In this document: one piece after another, positions 60,641-64,000 of the stretch
Numbering within the stretch: the first letter of the stretch is position 1
How the letters are laid out: every line of letters starts with the position of its first letter
Assembly: GCA_018713605.1 (NCBI GenBank)
Contig: DVOM01000018.1
Location: forward strand, 6,557-70,556
Length of the DNA: 64,000 bases
Direction of reading: 5' to 3'
DNA from: Candidatus Scatocola faecigallinarum
GTDB lineage: Bacteria > Pseudomonadota > Alphaproteobacteria > RF32 > CAG-239
Translations under genes and position numbers: made by a program
The notes under the pieces: model-generated
What the model was told of the DNA's origin: nothing
What the model saw: the letters and a program-made list of their open reading frames with translations, nothing else
Database searches by the model: none

Positions 60641-62791
60641 ATGTTAAGACAGTATGAACTAGTTGATTTGGTTAAATCCTATGATCCCGACGCCGATGAA
60701 GACGCCCTGAACCGTGCGTATGTTTTCGCGATGAAGAAGCACGGCGCTCAGCTTCGCACTTCCGGCGACCCTTATTATTCGCATCCGGTCGAGGTGGCCG
60801 GTATCCTGACCAAGTTCAAGCTTGATTCGGTGTCTATTATTGCGGGACTGCTGCACGATACGGTTGAAGACACAGATACGACGGTCGAAGAAGTTCGCGA
60901 ACTGTTCGGCGACCAGGTGGCGCAGATTGTCGACGGTCTGACCAAGCTGGCAAAAATCGAGCAGAAGTCGGCCAACAACAAGCAGGCGGAAAATTTCCGC
61001 AAGCTGCTGCTGGCGATGTCGGAAGATATCCGCGTGCTGCTGATTAAGCTGGCGGATCGTTTGCACAACATGCGCACGCTGCATTTCTGCGCTCCGGAAA
61101 AGCGCGCCCGCATTGCCCGCGAGACGCTGGATATTTATGCGCCGCTTGCCGAACGTATCGGCATGCAGGAAGTTAAGAGCGAACTGGAGGAAATCGCTTT
61201 TGCCGAACTGCACAAGGAAGCGCATGATTCAATAGTTGCCCGTCTGAACTTTTTGCGCGAAAAAGACAGCAATCTGGTGCCGAAAATTATTGAGCAGCTG
61301 CAGAAAGACATGGAGGAGAACGGCATCAAAGCAGTGGTTTCCGGCCGAGAAAAAACGCCTTATTCCATCTGGCGCAAAATGCAGCAGAAGAACGCGTCGT
61401 TCGAACAGCTGTCAGATATTATGGCTTTCCGCATTATTGTTGACGACGTGGCGACCTGCTATCAGGCATTGGGTATCGTGCACAGCAAATATCACATGGT
61501 TCCGCGCCGTTTTAAGGATTATATTTCGACGCCGAAGCCGAACGGCTATCAGTCCATTCACACCGGCGTCATCGGACCGGAAAATACGCGTATTGAAATT
61601 CAGATACGCACGCACGAAATGCACGAAATCGGCGAAAAAGGCGTGGCTGCGCACTGGGCCTATAAACAGGGGCAAAAAGCCGAAGGCAAGAATTTCCGCT
61701 GGATACGCGAGCTGCTGGAGATTTTGGAACAGGCGTCGAATCCCGAAGAGTTTTTGGAGAACACCAAACTGGAAATGTATAATGACCAGGTGTTCTGTTT
61801 TACGCCGAAGGGCGATCTTATCGGTCTGCCGGTCAATTCAACGCCGGTCGACTTTGCCTATGCGGTGCATTCGTCGGTCGGCGATACCTGCGTCGGCGCG
61901 AAAATCAACGGCGAAATCCGTCCGTTGCGGACCGTTCTGCAAAACGGCGACCAGGTGGAAATTCTGACGTCCAAGGCGCAGCATCCCTCAACGGAGTGGG
62001 AGCGGTTCGTGGTTACCGGCAAGGCAAAAGCAGCCATCCGCCGTTATGTGCGCGCTTATAAACGCGAACAGTTTATTACGCTGGGACAGGAAATTCTCGA
62101 ACGTTTGTTCAAGGGTGAAAGCCTGGAGTTTTCCGAAAAGGGGCTGGTTAACGTACTGCCGAATTTTGAGGCGGAAACGATTGACGACATTTATGCCAAA
62201 GTCGGCGAGGGGATTGTTACCGGTTGGGACGTTTTGAAAGCGGTTTATCCGGGATATAAGCAGTCGAAGCTCGAAAAAGTGGTCAAGTCGGTCAAACTGC
62301 CGAGTTTCAAGAAAATCGTCAAGCCGAAAAAAGGCAAGGGCGAACCCTTGAAAATCAAGGGGCTGATTCCGGGGATGGCGGTGCATTTTGCCGGCTGCTG
62401 TCATCCGTTGCCGGGTGATCGCATCGTCGGTATTGTGACAACCGGCAAAGGCGTAGCCGTGCATACCATTGACTGTAAGGCGCTGGAAAAATATGCCGAC
62501 GAGCCTGAGCGCTGGCTGGATATTGCCTGGGGCGAAGAGGCCGAAAACGAAATGCATACCGGCCGTCTGAAAATTATGCTGGCCAACGAACCGGGAACTT
62601 TGGCCGAACTTTCAAACCTGATTGCGCGCAACAGCGGCAACATTGCCAATCTTAACATTGTCAACCGCACGGTCAGCTACTTTGAAATTCTTGTCGACGT
62701 GGAAGTTAAGGATCTCAAACATTTGACGGACATTATTGCCGCGCTCAAAGCGTCAAAGGTTATATCTTACGTGGCTCGCGCCGCCCAATAA
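60641..62791 (+). CDS. spoT: Bifunctional (p)ppGpp synthetase/hydrolase (RelA/SpoT homolog)
   Basis: HD hydrolase YYSHPVEVAGIL...LLHDTVEDT, followed by the synthetase domain, then TGS and a C-terminal ACT domain. 716 aa. Confidence 0.92.
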   Translation: MLRQYELVDLVKSYDPDADEDALNRAYVFAMKKHGAQLRTSGDPYYSHPVEVAGILTKFKLDSVSIIAGLLHDTVEDTDTTVEEVRELFGDQVAQIVDGLTKLAKIEQKSANNKQAENFRKLLLAMSEDIRVLLIKLADRLHNMRTLHFCAPEKRARIARETLDIYAPLAERIGMQEVKSELEEIAFAELHKEAHDSIVARLNFLREKDSNLVPKIIEQLQKDMEENGIKAVVSGREKTPYSIWRKMQQKNASFEQLSDIMAFRIIVDDVATCYQALGIVHSKYHMVPRRFKDYISTPKPNGYQSIHTGVIGPENTRIEIQIRTHEMHEIGEKGVAAHWAYKQGQKAEGKNFRWIRELLEILEQASNPEEFLENTKLEMYNDQVFCFTPKGDLIGLPVNSTPVDFAYAVHSSVGDTCVGAKINGEIRPLRTVLQNGDQVEILTSKAQHPSTEWERFVVTGKAKAAIRRYVRAYKREQFITLGQEILERLFKGESLEFSEKGLVNVLPNFEAETIDDIYAKVGEGIVTGWDVLKAVYPGYKQSKLEKVVKSVKLPSFKKIVKPKKGKGEPLKIKGLIPGMAVHFAGCCHPLPGDRIVGIVTTGKGVAVHTIDCKALEKYADEPERWLDIAWGEEAENEMHTGRLKIMLANEPGTLAELSNLIARNSGNIANLNIVNRTVSYFEILVDVEVKDLKHLTDIIAALKASKVISYVARAAQ

Positions 62792-62853
62792 ACCTTGTAT
62801 AACGGGAAACTAATACAGGATTAGCGGGTAAAATAAATCCTTATTATTTTCTT
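62786..62853 (+). repeat. Dispersed short repeat, copy 3 (spans the spoT stop codon)
   Basis: CAATAAACCTTGTATAACGGGAAACTAATACAGGATTAGCGGGTAAAATAAATCCTTATTATTTTCTTC. See copies at 28298 and 28538. Confidence 0.7.
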
Positions 62854-62875
62854 CGTTTTCCGAAGTTTTGAACAT

Positions 62876-62908
62876 CCTCTGTATAGTAGGGAACTAATTA
62901 TAAAAAAT
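62876..62908 (+). repeat. Dispersed short repeat, copy 4 (partial)
   Basis: CCTCTGTATAGTAGGGAACTAATTATAAAAAATC shares the TGTATAG-N3-GGGAACTA core. Confidence 0.55.
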
Positions 62909-62962
62909 CTTGTTGTTCTTAAATAAAATGTATATATTGCAATAAACAAAATTTTACGGGAG

Positions 62963-63532
62963 TTGGGTTTATTGTTCAAACGCCGGGAAAAACTTTCTTG
63001 GAAAAAGCGGCTGTCGGGATATTTATGGCCGCAGGGCGGGTGGAAGCGCTATGGGCGGTTTATTCTGCTTAAACTGCATCGGCTCGGCGGAACGCCGCGG
63101 TCAATTGCGGCCGGTTTTGCCTGCGGCGCGGCCATTTCGTTTACACCGTTTGTCGGTTTCCATATGATTCTGGCCGCGGCGACAGCGTTTCTGTTGCGCG
63201 GCAACATTATTGCCAGCGCGGTCGGAACGGTTGTCGGAAATCCGTGGACTTTTCCGTTTATATGGATTTCGGTGCTTTATACGGGGCGGCTGATGCTGGG
63301 AGAGACCGGGGCCGGAAAAATTGAATTTGCGCATGTTTTTGAAAAGTCTTTTCATGCGCTGATGACACTGGATTTCAGTTCTTTCGGAAAGGATGTCTGG
63401 CCGGTGCTCAAACCGATGACTGCCGGCTGCGTGCCGTATTATGTTCTGGTTTGGCTCGTGTCTTATTATCTGGTCAAGAAGGCTTTGGACAAGGTTTCGG
63501 AACACCGTCGGAAAAACAGGGTTAGATTGTGA
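62963..63532 (+). CDS. DUF2062-family membrane protein
   Basis: TTG start after GGGAG. GTPRSIAAGFACGAAISFTPFVGFHMILAAATAFLLRGN...GNPWTFPFIW is typical of DUF2062. Confidence 0.8.
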   Translation: MGLLFKRREKLSWKKRLSGYLWPQGGWKRYGRFILLKLHRLGGTPRSIAAGFACGAAISFTPFVGFHMILAAATAFLLRGNIIASAVGTVVGNPWTFPFIWISVLYTGRLMLGETGAGKIEFAHVFEKSFHALMTLDFSSFGKDVWPVLKPMTAGCVPYYVLVWLVSYYLVKKALDKVSEHRRKNRVRL

Positions 63533-63541
63533 GGGAAAAAG

Positions 63542-63946
63542 ATGATTGTCGGTATCGGCTGTGATTTGGCAAATATAAATCGTTTTGAGAAAGCGCTGGC
63601 GAAGTTTGGCGGACGTTTTGTCAACCGGGCCTTTTCCGAAAGGGAAAAGGCGGAACTGGCGCGGCGGGAACGGTTGTCGCCGAAAGAACACGCCTGTGCG
63701 GCGGCCAAACGATTTGCCGCCAAGGAAGCCTGTACCAAGGCGCTGGGAACCGGTTTCCGCGACGGGATATTTATGCGCGACATTGAAATTGTTCATCAGC
63801 CGAGCGGCAAGCCCGAGCTGTATTTGCAGAACGGTGCCCGCCGGCGGCTGGAGGAAATCTGCGGCGGAGCCGCATTTAAAATCCATGTGACGATGACCGA
63901 TGATTATCCCTGGGCACAGGCCTTTGTAATTATTGAGATTATTTAA
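63542..63946 (+). CDS. acpS: Holo-[acyl-carrier-protein] synthase
   Basis: MIVGIGCDLANINRFEKAL...RFAAKEACTKALGTG...SMTDDYPWAQAFVIIE. Confidence 0.9.
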   Translation: MIVGIGCDLANINRFEKALAKFGGRFVNRAFSEREKAELARRERLSPKEHACAAAKRFAAKEACTKALGTGFRDGIFMRDIEIVHQPSGKPELYLQNGARRRLEEICGGAAFKIHVTMTDDYPWAQAFVIIEII

Positions 63947-64000
63947 ACTTTGGGGTTGATATAATAAAAATAATCGCTAGTATGTAAGACATTGTTTTAG

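Overview
This is a densely coding chromosomal segment with roughly balanced GC (judged by eye, not computed). The marker genes point to a flagellated alphaproteobacterium. They are mipZ, gcrA, hda, a CckA-like hybrid kinase, rluD next to rpoH, and the rpoZ-spoT-DUF2062-acpS string, together with fliQ-fliR-flhB and a PomA/MotA-MotB stator. The organism also carries a pyruvate:ferredoxin oxidoreductase and an orphan VirD4 type IV coupling protein.

I call about 60 CDS. One of them is a partial efflux adaptor gene at the left edge that the ORF track misses. I also call two tRNAs (His-GTG, Gly-CCC), about ten intrinsic terminators, two sigma70-like promoters and several repeats. I saw no rRNA, CRISPR array, transposase or integrase.

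The best candidate for something new is the virD4-centred locus at 18.2-26.3 kb.
- virD4 is followed by an HNH-like nuclease gene that is translationally coupled to a SUKH/SMI1-type immunity-like gene.
- virD4 is preceded by five co-directional orphan genes, two of which share a Trp-rich membrane module.
- A larger paralogous HNH-like plus SUKH-like pair, whose nuclease-like protein has a very lysine-rich C-terminal tail, sits 18 kb away at 36.9-39.2 kb.

Other observations worth a second look:
- a kinase-fold protein with HRD changed to HRA, coupled to a 4-TM protein;
- a 690-nt ORF-free region that contains a near-consensus promoter, a terminated RNA of about 175 nt, and GC-rich hairpins and repeated boxes;
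- a short dispersed repeat that starts within the final sense codons of both rpoH and spoT and runs across the stop codon;
- a murD-murC pair whose N-terminal signatures look Bacteroidota-like, fused to a DUF4139 operon.

All homology statements come from reading motifs and from memory. No searches were run.
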